Source: an uncultured Actinomycetes bacterium (GTDB lineage Bacteria; Actinomycetota; Thermoleophilia; Gaiellales; JAICJC01). From it: a stretch of DNA of 64,000 bases. The notes under the pieces are model-generated. The model worked only from the letters and a program-made list of their open reading frames with translations. It was not told the origin of the DNA and searched no databases. The stretch is from the NCBI GenBank assembly GCA_963737445.1, contig CAVTSO010000013.1:24756-88755 (forward strand). The letters are read 5' to 3'. A program made the translations under genes and the position numbers. Positions 34,165 to 43,226 of the stretch are shown piece by piece. Each line of letters begins with the position of its first letter. The first letter of the stretch is position 1.

Positions 34165-34829
34165 CCACCGACGAGATCCTGCAAGGGCTGTTCGACAACA
34201 CGCTGATCGGAAACGCGCCGGCCGTCAAGGACCTCACCAACGAGGGGCTGGCCATGGGCATGGATCCCGAGACGCTGCTCTATGACGCCCTGATCCCGTC
34301 GCTGGAGGAGGTGGGCGCCCGCTTCGAGCGCGGCGACTTCTTCGTCCCGGAGATGCTGATTGCCGCGCGGGCAATGCAGGGCGCCCTGGACATCCTGCGC
34401 CCATTGCTGGCCGAGACCGGCGCCAAGCCGATCGGCACGTTCGTGATGGGCACCGTCAAGGGCGACGTGCACGACATCGGCAAGAACCTCGTCAATATCA
34501 TGCTCGAGGGCGCCGGCTTCACCGTATACGACCTGGGCGTGAACGTGGCGCCCGAGAAGTTCGTGGAGCAGGTGCAGGAGCACGAGCCCGACATCGTCGG
34601 CTTCTCGGCCTTCCTGACAACAACCATGCCGATGTTCAAGGCCAACATCAACGCGCTCGAGAAGTCGGGCCTGCGCGACCGCGTGATCGTGATGGTGGGC
34701 GGCGCGCCGGTGACCCAGGAGTACGCCGACGCGGTCGGCGCCGACGGCTACGCCGCCGACGCGTCCACCGCGGTGCGCCTCGCCAAGACCCTGATCGAGA
34801 ACCGCCGATCGGCGGCGACGCCGGCATGA
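34161..34829 (+). CDS. cobalamin (corrinoid)-binding protein, cap plus Rossmann B12 domain
   Basis: B12 lower-ligand motif GDVHDIGKN plus ..SAFLTTTM.. and ..VGGAP.. The ATG overlaps the IclR stop (ATGA). Confidence 0.9.
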   Translation: MTTDEILQGLFDNTLIGNAPAVKDLTNEGLAMGMDPETLLYDALIPSLEEVGARFERGDFFVPEMLIAARAMQGALDILRPLLAETGAKPIGTFVMGTVKGDVHDIGKNLVNIMLEGAGFTVYDLGVNVAPEKFVEQVQEHEPDIVGFSAFLTTTMPMFKANINALEKSGLRDRVIVMVGGAPVTQEYADAVGADGYAADASTAVRLAKTLIENRRSAATPA

Positions 34830-35707
34830 CCCAGGCCGTCTCCGAACGGTTGCGGTCGCTGGCCGCCACGGCCAGCATCGAGGTGACGCCGCGCCACGTG
34901 GCCGCCGTGACCGAGCTCGACGGCGTGTTGCCCGCCGGGACATCGGTCTACATCACAGCGCTTCCGGGAGCCGACCCATGCGACCTGGTGACGGCCGCCG
35001 AGACCATCCGCGCCGCCGGCCACGTGCCGGTGCCGCACCTGACGGCGCGCGCTATCGCCGGCGACGAGGCGCTGGATGCGCTGCTCTCGCAACTCCGCGA
35101 GCGCGCCGCGGTCGACGACGTGCTCGTGATCGCGGGCGGAGGGGCGACGGTCGCCGGCGACTACTACAGCTCTATGGACGTGCTGCGGTCGGGCCTGCTG
35201 GAGCGACACGGCATCTTTCGCGCCGGCGTCGCCGGGCACCCCGAGGGCAGCCCCGACATCTCACCCGAGGCGATCCTCGAGGCCCTCGCCGAGAAGAACG
35301 CCTTCGCCGCCGCATCGGCGATCGAGCTGCGCATCGTCAGCCAGTTCGCGCTGGCGCCCGAGCCGTACGTGACCTGGGAGCGCGGGCTGCGTGAGGCGGG
35401 AAACCGGCTGCCGGTGGTGGCAGGCATCCCCGGCGTGACCTCGCCCCCCTCGCTGCTCAAGTTCGCGCTGGCCTGTGGCATCGGCCCCTCCGTGGAGGTG
35501 CTCCGCAAGCAGTCGGGCGGGTTGCTGAAGCTGGCAACGACCCGGCTGTGGCGGCCCGACCAGCTGGCCGAGGACATCGCGCAATCGACTGTCCACGATC
35601 CCGGCAGCCTGATCGAGGGCCTGCATCTGTTCCCCTTCGGCGGGGTCGAGCGATCGGCCCGATGGCTGGCCGAGATGCGCACCGCGCCGGCTGCGGTGCC
35701 GGGATGA
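34826..35707 (+). CDS. methylenetetrahydrofolate reductase (MetF)-like protein
   Basis: MTHFR-like barrel segments (SIEVTPR...VPHLTAR...VLVIAGG...GVAGHPEG...IVSQFA...IPGV). The ATG overlaps the upstream stop (ATGA). Confidence 0.7.
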   Translation: MTQAVSERLRSLAATASIEVTPRHVAAVTELDGVLPAGTSVYITALPGADPCDLVTAAETIRAAGHVPVPHLTARAIAGDEALDALLSQLRERAAVDDVLVIAGGGATVAGDYYSSMDVLRSGLLERHGIFRAGVAGHPEGSPDISPEAILEALAEKNAFAAASAIELRIVSQFALAPEPYVTWERGLREAGNRLPVVAGIPGVTSPPSLLKFALACGIGPSVEVLRKQSGGLLKLATTRLWRPDQLAEDIAQSTVHDPGSLIEGLHLFPFGGVERSARWLAEMRTAPAAVPG

Positions 35708-35725
35708 GAGCTGAAAGGATGCTGA

Positions 35726-36589
35726 ATGCAGACCACCATTGAGTCGCGGTCGCGCACGGTCGTGATCGGGGACGGCGCGCCGTTCTGCGTGATCGGCGAG
35801 CGCATCAACCCCACCGGCCGCAAGGCCTTCCAGGCGCAGCTGCAGGCCGGCGACCTGTCGCAGCTCGAGATCGACGTGGCCGAGCAGGTGGCCGGCGGCG
35901 CCGACGTGCTCGACGTCAACGTGGGCGATCCGCTGGCCGACGAGATCGAGCTGATGCGGGCTGCCGTGCCGATGGTGCAGGGCCTGACCGACCTGCCGCT
36001 GTGCATCGACTCCTCCATCATCGAGGCGCTCGAGGCCGGCCTCGGGGCGTACGAGGGCAAGGCGCTCGTCAACTCGGTCACCGGTGAGGACGAGCGGCTG
36101 AACCTGATCCTGCCGATCGTGGCCCGCCACGGCGCGGCGGTGATCGGCCTCGCCAACGACGACGAGATCCCGATGGAGCCGGAGCGCCGGCTGGAGGTGG
36201 CCCGCAAGATCGTCTCGGCCGCCGGCGACCACGGCATCCCGCCGCAGGACGTCGTGATCGACCCGCTGGCGATGCCGGTCGGCGCCGAGCCGCGCGCGGT
36301 CACGCTGTTCCTGGAGACGGTGCGGCTGATCCGCGACGACCTGGGCGTGAACATGACCTGCGGCGCCAGCAATACCTCGTTCGGGCTGCCCGGCCGCCAC
36401 ACCCTGGGCGCCGCCTTCCTGGCGGTCTCACAGAGCCACGGGTTGACCAGCGCCATCATGGACGCGCGCGCTCGCGAGTGCGTCGAGTCGGTGCGAGCCA
36501 CCGACTTCCTGCTCGGCCAGGACGAGTGGGGCGCGCGCTGGATCGCCGCGCACCGGGCCAAGCTGGCGGCGCAGGCCGCGACAAGCTAG
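35726..36589 (+). CDS. pterin-binding methyltransferase (methyl-corrinoid:tetrahydrofolate methyltransferase; MetH pterin domain/AcsE-like)
   Basis: VIGERINPTGRK...DVLDVNVG...LCIDSS...ALVNSV...GASNTSFGLP are typical DHPS-like pterin barrel motifs. Confidence 0.8.
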   Translation: MQTTIESRSRTVVIGDGAPFCVIGERINPTGRKAFQAQLQAGDLSQLEIDVAEQVAGGADVLDVNVGDPLADEIELMRAAVPMVQGLTDLPLCIDSSIIEALEAGLGAYEGKALVNSVTGEDERLNLILPIVARHGAAVIGLANDDEIPMEPERRLEVARKIVSAAGDHGIPPQDVVIDPLAMPVGAEPRAVTLFLETVRLIRDDLGVNMTCGASNTSFGLPGRHTLGAAFLAVSQSHGLTSAIMDARARECVESVRATDFLLGQDEWGARWIAAHRAKLAAQAATS

Positions 36590-36591
36590 CG

Positions 36592-38451
36592 GTGTCGGTG
36601 GACGCCGAGACGATCGAGCCAGGAACCGGACGCGTCCGGCTGACGTTCGCGCCCGACGGCGGCGAGGTGCGCGTCCCGGCCGGCACCACCGTGTTCGACG
36701 GGGCCAGCTGGAACGGCATCGCCATCGACTCGACCTGCGGCGGCCACGGCACCTGCAAGAAGTGCAAGGTGCGGATCACCGACGGCGAGGTGCCGGTCGA
36801 CACGCTGGATCCGCGCGCGTTCAGCCCCGACGAGCTGCGCGGCGGCTGGCGGCTGGCCTGCCGCGCGATCGCCACCCACGACCTCGCCGTCGAGGTGCCG
36901 CCGCTGCAGACCCGCCCCAAGGCGGCGCTGGTCGGCGTCGGCCGCCACGTGATCCTGCGCCCGTCCGTGCAGAAACGCTTCCTGGAGCTGGAGGAGCCGT
37001 CGCTCGAGGACCAAGCGGCCGACATGGAGCGCGTGGTGGATGCGGTCGAGGACTTCGAGCTGCGGGTTGAGCTGGGCGCCGCGCGCGGCATCGGCCGCAC
37101 CCTGCGGTCATCCAACTTCAAGGTCACCGCCGTCATCTGCGACGACGTGCTGATCGACGTCGAGCCCGGTGACACCACCGAGCGGCGCCACGCGATCGCC
37201 TTCGACCTGGGCACGACCACGGTGGTGGCGACGCTGCTCGACCTCGCCACGGGCCAGCCGCTGGCCGTGCGCTCGATGCTGAACCGCCAGCAGCCGTTCG
37301 GCGCGGACGTGATCTCGCGCGTCTCGGCCACGATGATGGACCCGGACGCGCTGGAGATGCTCCAGCAGCGGGCGCATGAGACGATGAACGGCCTCGCCGG
37401 CGAGGTCTGCGAGGAGGCCGGCCTGTCCCCGACGGAGGTGTACGAGATCGTGGTCTGCGGCAACGTCACGATGATGCAGCTGGCGCTGGGCATCGACCCC
37501 GAGCCGCTGGGCATGTCACCCTTCATCATCACCGCCCGGCGGCTGCCGCCGGCGGTTGCCTCCGACTTCGGCGTGCGCGTGCACCCGCGCGCGCCGGCCG
37601 CCGTGTTCCCGGCGCTGGGCGCCTACGTGGGCGGAGACATCGTCGCCGGCATGCTCGCCACCGGCCTCACCCGCGACCGCCGCGTGCGCCTGTTCATCGA
37701 CGTCGGCACCAACTCCGAGATCGCGCTCGGCTCGAGCGAGCGGGTGGTCGCAACTGCAGCGCCGGCCGGGCCCGCATTCGAGGCCGCCCAGATCCGCTGC
37801 GGCATGCGTGCCGCCGAGGGCGCGATCGAGGGCGTCGCGATCAGCGGCGAGGAGATGTCCCTTGAGGTGATCGGCGACGCCACGCCGGTCGGCATGTGCG
37901 GCTCCGGCCTGGTGGATGCCGTCGCCCAGCTGGTGGCGGCCGGCCTGCTCGACCACTCCGGCCGCTTCATCCCCGACGCCGCCGCCGCCGAGCTGCACCC
38001 GCAGCTGAGCACGCGTCTGGTGAAGGTGGGCGAGGAGCGGGTGTTCGTGCTGGCATGGCGCGGAGACGACCCCGCGAACTCGATCTACCTGTCGCAGCGC
38101 GACGTGCGCGAGCTGCAGTTCGCCAAGGCCTCGATCGCGACCGGCTGGCGGATCCTGATCAAGGAGCTCGGCCTCGGCGAGGACGAGATCACCCAGGTGC
38201 TGCTGGCGGGCAGCTTCGGCAGCTACCTGTCGCCTGCCAGCGCCGTGCGCATCGGCCTGGTGCCGAAGCTGGCGCTGCCGCGCATCATCTCGGCCGGGAA
38301 CGTGGCCGGTGAGGGCGCCAAGATGGCGGCGCTGTCGCTGCGGGAGCGGGCGGCGGCCGACGCGATTCTGGATGAGGTCGAGTACGTGGAGCTGTCCGGG
38401 CGGGCAGACTTCAACGACATGTTCATGGACGAGCTGGCGTTCCCGGGATGA
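36592..38451 (+). CDS. corrinoid reductive activase (RACo/RamA-like): 2Fe-2S ferredoxin domain plus ASKHA ATPase domain
   Basis: N-terminal [12 protein letters not shown] plant-type ferredoxin motif. ASKHA-like [11 protein letters not shown]...[12 protein letters not shown]...MCGSGL follows. The GTG start is 2 nt after the upstream stop. Confidence 0.8.
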   Translation: MSVDAETIEPGTGRVRLTFAPDGGEVRVPAGTTVFDGASWNGIAIDSTCGGHGTCKKCKVRITDGEVPVDTLDPRAFSPDELRGGWRLACRAIATHDLAVEVPPLQTRPKAALVGVGRHVILRPSVQKRFLELEEPSLEDQAADMERVVDAVEDFELRVELGAARGIGRTLRSSNFKVTAVICDDVLIDVEPGDTTERRHAIAFDLGTTTVVATLLDLATGQPLAVRSMLNRQQPFGADVISRVSATMMDPDALEMLQQRAHETMNGLAGEVCEEAGLSPTEVYEIVVCGNVTMMQLALGIDPEPLGMSPFIITARRLPPAVASDFGVRVHPRAPAAVFPALGAYVGGDIVAGMLATGLTRDRRVRLFIDVGTNSEIALGSSERVVATAAPAGPAFEAAQIRCGMRAAEGAIEGVAISGEEMSLEVIGDATPVGMCGSGLVDAVAQLVAAGLLDHSGRFIPDAAAAELHPQLSTRLVKVGEERVFVLAWRGDDPANSIYLSQRDVRELQFAKASIATGWRILIKELGLGEDEITQVLLAGSFGSYLSPASAVRIGLVPKLALPRIISAGNVAGEGAKMAALSLRERAAADAILDEVEYVELSGRADFNDMFMDELAFPG

Positions 38452-39026
38452 CGACGGCCGTGATCGCATGCGGCGCGCTCGCCTTGCACGTGAACGCCAT
38501 CGCCGAGCGGCGCGGCTGGGAGATCGATGTGCACCCGCTGCCGCCGGAGCTGCACAACCGCCCGGAGCAGATCGCACCTGCCGTCGGCCGTCTGGTGGAC
38601 GAGCTGGCCGGCCGCTACCAGCGCGTGGCGGTCGCCTACGCCGACTGCGGCAGCTACGGAGCGCTCGACCACGAGCTCCGTCGCCGCGGCATCGAGCGGC
38701 TGGAGGGCGACCACTGCTACGACGTGTTCGGGAGGCCGGAGGTGGCCGAGGCGCTGGCCGAGCAGCCCGGCACCTACTTCCTGACCGATTTCCTGGCGCG
38801 CACCTTCGACCGCACGGTCTGGCGGTCGCTGGGCCTCGACCGGCATCCCGAGCTGCGCGACGACTACTTCCACTCCTACACCCGGGTGATCTGGCTGGCG
38901 CAGCGGCGAACGCCCGACCTGCTGGAGCTGGCCGAGCGGGCGGCCGCCATGCTGGGGCTGCCGCTGGAGGTGCGCGACGTGGGCGAGTCGGGGCTGGAGG
39001 CACAGCTGGAGCGCCTCGCGGCATGA
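38448..39026 (+). CDS. DUF1638 domain protein
   Basis: [11 protein letters not shown]...[11 protein letters not shown]...GDHCYDVF...YFLTDFLAR. Start and stop both overlap the neighbours (ATGA on both sides). Confidence 0.75.
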   Translation: MTTAVIACGALALHVNAIAERRGWEIDVHPLPPELHNRPEQIAPAVGRLVDELAGRYQRVAVAYADCGSYGALDHELRRRGIERLEGDHCYDVFGRPEVAEALAEQPGTYFLTDFLARTFDRTVWRSLGLDRHPELRDDYFHSYTRVIWLAQRRTPDLLELAERAAAMLGLPLEVRDVGESGLEAQLERLAA

Positions 39027-40153
39027 GCGACGCGACCTCGATGCGCGCGGCACTGCTGCCCGCTCCGGGCACGCCGCTGCGGGTGGTCGAGCTCGAGCTG
39101 GCCGCGCCCGGCCCCGGTGAGGTGCTGGTGCGTCTGCGCTCCAGCGGCGTCTGCCAGGACGACCTGAACCTGCTCGACGGCACGGTCGACGTGCCCGCCC
39201 CGGTCGTGCCCGGCCACGAGGGAGCCGGCGTCGTCGAGGCTCTGGGCGAGGGCGTGCAGGGGCTTGCGCCCGGCGATCACGTGGCGCTGTCCTGGGCCCC
39301 CTACTGCGGCAGGTGCGAGGAGTGCCTGCGCGATCTGCCGCACCTGTGCGGCACGGCCTGGCCGCTGATGCTGGGCGGCGGTCTGCTCGACGGCACCACC
39401 CGCCTCCGCTTCGGCGGGGCGGAGGTGCACCACTACTGCTTCCTGTCCACCTTCGCGGAGCGTGCGGTCGTGCCCGCCCGGTCGTGCGTCCAGATCCCCG
39501 CCGACGTGCCGTTCGAGGTGGCGGCGCTGCTCGGCTGTGCGGTGACGAGCGGCGTCGGCGCCGTCTGGCGCACCGCCGGCGTGCGGCCGGGCGAGCGGGT
39601 GGCGGTGATCGGTACCGGCGGCACCGGGCTCTCGGCTGTGATGGGCGCGGTCGCCTCGGGTGCGTCGCAGGTGATCGCCGTCGACCGCCGGCACGAGCGC
39701 CTCGAGCGCGCCCAGCAGCTCGGGGCCAGCGCCGTCGTGCAGTGGCAGGGTGAGCCGGAGCGGGTCGCCGAGGCGGTGGTGTCGGCCAGCGGCGGCGGCG
39801 TCGACTACGCCATCGACTGCACCGGACGGCCCGGTCCGATGCGGGCCGCGTTCCTGTCCACGCGCAAGCGGGGAGCCGCCGTGATGGCCGGCATCCCGCG
39901 CGCCGAGGCCGAGCTGACGGTGCCCGCGCGGTCGATCCCGCGGATGGAGCGACGGGTGCTGGGATCGATCTACGGGTCGGCCCGGCCCGACCGCGACTTC
40001 CCGCTGATCCTCGACGCCTACCGGCGCGGACGGCTGCCGCTCGACCGGCTGATCTCACACCGGCTGACCCTGGACGAAGTCGGCGCCGGCATCGACGCGG
40101 TGCGCTCGGGCGATGCCACGCGGGTGGTGCTCGACCTGGGAGGCGACGCGTGA
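39023..40153 (+). CDS. zinc-dependent alcohol dehydrogenase family (class III / formaldehyde dehydrogenase-like)
   Basis: GVCQDDL...[16 protein letters not shown]...CGRCEECL (structural Zn Cys cluster)...[12 protein letters not shown] (NAD fold). Confidence 0.8.
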   Translation: MSDATSMRAALLPAPGTPLRVVELELAAPGPGEVLVRLRSSGVCQDDLNLLDGTVDVPAPVVPGHEGAGVVEALGEGVQGLAPGDHVALSWAPYCGRCEECLRDLPHLCGTAWPLMLGGGLLDGTTRLRFGGAEVHHYCFLSTFAERAVVPARSCVQIPADVPFEVAALLGCAVTSGVGAVWRTAGVRPGERVAVIGTGGTGLSAVMGAVASGASQVIAVDRRHERLERAQQLGASAVVQWQGEPERVAEAVVSASGGGVDYAIDCTGRPGPMRAAFLSTRKRGAAVMAGIPRAEAELTVPARSIPRMERRVLGSIYGSARPDRDFPLILDAYRRGRLPLDRLISHRLTLDEVGAGIDAVRSGDATRVVLDLGGDA

Positions 40154-40593
40154 GCGAGCCCGCGACCGGCGGCTGCCTGTGCGGCGCAGTGCGTTACGAG
40201 GTGCGGGGGCCGCTGCGCGACATCCTGATCTGCCACTGCGTCGAATGCCGGCGCTGGCACGGCAACGTTGCGGCCAGCACCGCGGCTGCCCGCGGCGATC
40301 TGGTCCTGACCGGGCAGCGCGGGCTGCGCTGGATCGCCGGCCCCGAGAGCGACGCGCACGCACGCCGGGGCTTCTGTGGCGAGTGTGGTTCCAGCCTGTT
40401 CTGGGACGCGCCTGGGCGTGACTACGTCGCGATCGCGGCCGGGTCGCTGGACGGCGAGACCGGGCTGCGCATCGCCGGCCACTGGTTCACCTCCCAGAAA
40501 GGCGACTGGTACGAGCTGCCCGACGATGGCCTGCCACACCACGAGCGCTCGGCCGCGGTCGAGGGCGGCTCGCCGAGTGGTAAAGTGATTTGA
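40150..40593 (+). CDS. GFA (glutathione-dependent formaldehyde-activating enzyme/CENP-V) family protein
   Basis: GGCLCGAVRYEV...CHCVECRRWHG...FCGECGSSLFW. The GTG overlaps the ADH stop (GTGA). Confidence 0.8.
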   Translation: MSEPATGGCLCGAVRYEVRGPLRDILICHCVECRRWHGNVAASTAAARGDLVLTGQRGLRWIAGPESDAHARRGFCGECGSSLFWDAPGRDYVAIAAGSLDGETGLRIAGHWFTSQKGDWYELPDDGLPHHERSAAVEGGSPSGKVI

Positions 40594-40599
40594 CGATAT

Positions 40600-41076
40600 A
40601 TGGAACAGGAGACGTCACAAGGGCGCTTCGCCGATGGCCTTGCAGAGCGCGAGCCGCTGGGCCCGCCGCTGATCGGGGCGCTGCTGCGCATGCCGGTCGA
40701 TGCCGTGCGGCGGCAGATGATCGAGCGGCTGCACGAGCACGGCTTCGCTGACATCGATCCGGCCCACCTGATCGTGCTGCGCTATCCCGGCCCGCAGGGT
40801 GAGCGCCCGTCCGATCTGGCCGCGCAGCTGGGCATGAGCAAGCAGGCGCTCAACTACCAGCTGGGGCAGCTCGAGCGGCGCGGCTACCTCGAGCGGCGTC
40901 CCGATCCTGAGGACATGCGTTCCCGGCGGATCGTGCTGACGCGGCGCGGCGTTGCCGCGGCCCACGTGATCCGTGACGCCGTGGCCGAGCTGGAGACCCT
41001 GTGGGAGCGGGAGCTGGGGGAGAAGCGCTACGCGCAGCTGCGCGGCCTGCTGGTCGAGCTGAATCGCGTGATCTAG
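40600..41076 (+). CDS. MarR family transcriptional regulator
   Basis: PSDLAAQLGMSKQALNYQLGQLERRGYLERRPDPEDMRSRRIVLTRRG. Confidence 0.85.
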   Translation: MEQETSQGRFADGLAEREPLGPPLIGALLRMPVDAVRRQMIERLHEHGFADIDPAHLIVLRYPGPQGERPSDLAAQLGMSKQALNYQLGQLERRGYLERRPDPEDMRSRRIVLTRRGVAAAHVIRDAVAELETLWERELGEKRYAQLRGLLVELNRVI

Positions 41077-41078
41077 CT

Positions 41079-41264
41079 GAGATGGTTGATCGGTTGTTCG
41101 CGAGCCTGGCCGCTGCGAACGGCTTGAAGTCGGAGGAGGCTGGGGTAGCTACGGCTGCGAACCGTCGTCTCCGTCCGCGATCTGCGTGATCGCAGATCGC
41201 TCATGACCGGCGCAAGGCGATGCCTTGCGCCTTGGACACCACGGAGATACCGATCAACCATCTC
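41079..41264. mobile_element. MITE-like 186-bp element, copy A: perfect 15-bp terminal inverted repeats and two internal 10-bp-stem hairpins
   Basis: The TIRs are GAGATGGTTGATCGG (41079-41093) and CCGATCAACCATCTC (41250-41264). The hairpins are GCGATCTGCG-tgat-CGCAGATCGC (41177-41200) and GGCGCAAGGC-gat-GCCTTGCGCC (41209-31). It carries no ORF. Confidence 0.6.
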
Positions 41265-43200
41265 GGTCGATCGACTCGGCCAGCAGTGTGGCCACGTCCG
41301 CCACCCGCAGCGTGCTGCCGCTGGTGCGGACGCCGTCGTCGAGCATCACGGTGCAGAACGGGCAGGCCACCGCCAGCGTCCCGGCGCCGGTCTCATCGGC
41401 CTGCCGCACCCGCTCCTCGTTGATGGCGCTGCCGCGCTCCTCCATCCACATGTGCGCGCCGCCGGCGCCGCAGCAGAACGTGCGCTTGCCGCTGCGCTCC
41501 ATCTCGACCGGCGTGCCCACCGCCGCCACCAGCTGCCGCGGATCCGCCGTCACGTCGTTGTGGCGCGCGAGGTAGCAGGAGTCGTGGTAGGTGATCTGGG
41601 TGTCCCCCGCCTTCGGCTCGATCCGGCCGTCGCGGACCAGCTCGGCCAGCAGCTCGGTGTGGTGCATCACCTCGTAGCGGCCGCCGAAGTCCGGGTACTC
41701 GTTGGCCAGCGTGTTGAAGCAGTGCGGGCAGCTGGCCACGATCTTCGTCACCCCTGAGCCGTTCAGCGTCTCGACGTTCTGCTCCGCGAAGGCCTGGAAC
41801 ACGTACTCGTTTCCCATCCGCCGGGCCGGGTCGCCGGTGCACGACTCGCGCGGGCCCAGGATCGCGAAGTCGACCCCGGCCGCCTGCAAGAGCTTTGCCG
41901 TCGACACCGCCGTCTGCCGGGCGCGCTCGTCGAACGAGGCGGCGCAGCCGACCCAGTAGAGCACCTCGGGCGCCGGGTCGCCCGGCTCGAGCACCGTCAC
42001 GCCCAGCCCCTGCGTCCAGTCGCCGCGCTCCTGCTGGGCCTTGCCCCAGGGGTTGGACGATCGCTCGACGTCCCGCAGCATCGGCTCGGCCTCCGCCGGG
42101 AACCGCGCCTCGGCCATCACCAGGTGGCGGCGCAGGTCGACGATGTGGTCGATGTGCTCGATCGAGACCGGGCACTCGTGGACGCAGGCGCCGCACGTGA
42201 CGCAGTCCCAGACCACGTCGTCGGTGACCGCGTTTGGCACCAGCGGCGGCGGATCGGCTCCCTCGGCACCGGAGAGCAGCTTCGGGCCCTGGTCGAGCAG
42301 GTGATCGCGCAGTCCCATGATCAGCAGCTTGGGCGACAGCTCCTTGCCGGTCGCATAGGCCGGGCAGACGTCCTGGCAGCGACCGCACTCGGTGCAGGTT
42401 GCGGTGTCCACCATCTGCTTCCAGGTCATGTCGGTGAGCGTGCCGGAGCCGAGCCGGATCTCGTCCTCCGGCACCTCCGGGTCGTCGAACACGAGCGGCT
42501 CGAGACGGCCGCGTGCGCGCGTTCGCCCGAAGAACACATTGACCACGGCGGTAATGATGTGCAGGTGCTTCGAGTAGGGCAGGTACGCCAGGAAGCTCAG
42601 GATCAGCAGCACGTGCGTCCACACGAACACGCGCTCGAGCACCTTCGTGCCATCGCCGCCGCCGAACAGGTTGGAGAGCGCGTTTGCGACCGGAGACCAC
42701 GACGCCGGCCACTCGTTCAGCCCCAGCGCGATCCGCGTGGCGTGCCACAGGAGCAGGGTGGTGACGATGCCCGCGATCAGGGCCAGGATGAAGTCGGCCT
42801 CGCCCATGTGGCTGCCCTCGAACCGCGCCGGCCGCTGCACCTTGCGGATGAAGAACGCCGCGCACACGCTCAGCAGCACCAGCAGCGCGAACAGGTCGAC
42901 CAGGAACGCGAACCAGCCCTGGTGGCCGAGCCAGGGCAACGTCGCGTCGCGATCGACGGCCGCGATCATCGCCATGATGATGGTCGGGAACAGCACGATG
43001 AATCCCCAGAAGATCAGCGCGTGCATCACCCCCGGGCCCAGCCGCTGCAGCAGCTTGCGCTGGCCGATCGCGACCACCGCCTCCTGGCGCAGGCGCTGCG
43101 GCACATCGTCGAACCTGGGCGCGGGCCTGCCGAGGCGCATGATCCGGACGAGCAGCCGGGCGCGACGGGCGAAGATGCCGCCGGCCACCGCCAGCGCCAC
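41254..43200 (-). CDS. membrane-anchored Fe-S oxidoreductase (EtfD/DgcB-like; heterodisulfide-reductase-related with CCG domains)
   Basis: N-terminal TM helices, two ferredoxin motifs (CTECGRCQDVCP, CVTCGACVHECP) and two CCG-type Cys-rich domains (..WVGCAAS.., ..TFCCGAGG..). The start is uncertain; I took GTG 43200. The tracked ORF's extension to 43500 overlaps etfA. Confidence 0.8.
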   Translation of the reverse strand: MALAVAGGIFARRARLLVRIMRLGRPAPRFDDVPQRLRQEAVVAIGQRKLLQRLGPGVMHALIFWGFIVLFPTIIMAMIAAVDRDATLPWLGHQGWFAFLVDLFALLVLLSVCAAFFIRKVQRPARFEGSHMGEADFILALIAGIVTTLLLWHATRIALGLNEWPASWSPVANALSNLFGGGDGTKVLERVFVWTHVLLILSFLAYLPYSKHLHIITAVVNVFFGRTRARGRLEPLVFDDPEVPEDEIRLGSGTLTDMTWKQMVDTATCTECGRCQDVCPAYATGKELSPKLLIMGLRDHLLDQGPKLLSGAEGADPPPLVPNAVTDDVVWDCVTCGACVHECPVSIEHIDHIVDLRRHLVMAEARFPAEAEPMLRDVERSSNPWGKAQQERGDWTQGLGVTVLEPGDPAPEVLYWVGCAASFDERARQTAVSTAKLLQAAGVDFAILGPRESCTGDPARRMGNEYVFQAFAEQNVETLNGSGVTKIVASCPHCFNTLANEYPDFGGRYEVMHHTELLAELVRDGRIEPKAGDTQITYHDSCYLARHNDVTADPRQLVAAVGTPVEMERSGKRTFCCGAGGAHMWMEERGSAINEERVRQADETGAGTLAVACPFCTVMLDDGVRTSGSTLRVADVATLLAESIDRDG

Positions 43201-43226
43201 CAGCAGCGCGATCAGGGCGACGGGCT

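Noticed and set aside
37516-40058. Very long minus-strand ORFs (37516..39183, 38223..40058; 555-611 aa) antisense to the RACo/DUF1638/ADH genes
   Set aside because: They consist of Arg/Pro/Ala-rich low-complexity sequence. They lie antisense to genes with clear family motifs and coupled start/stop junctions.
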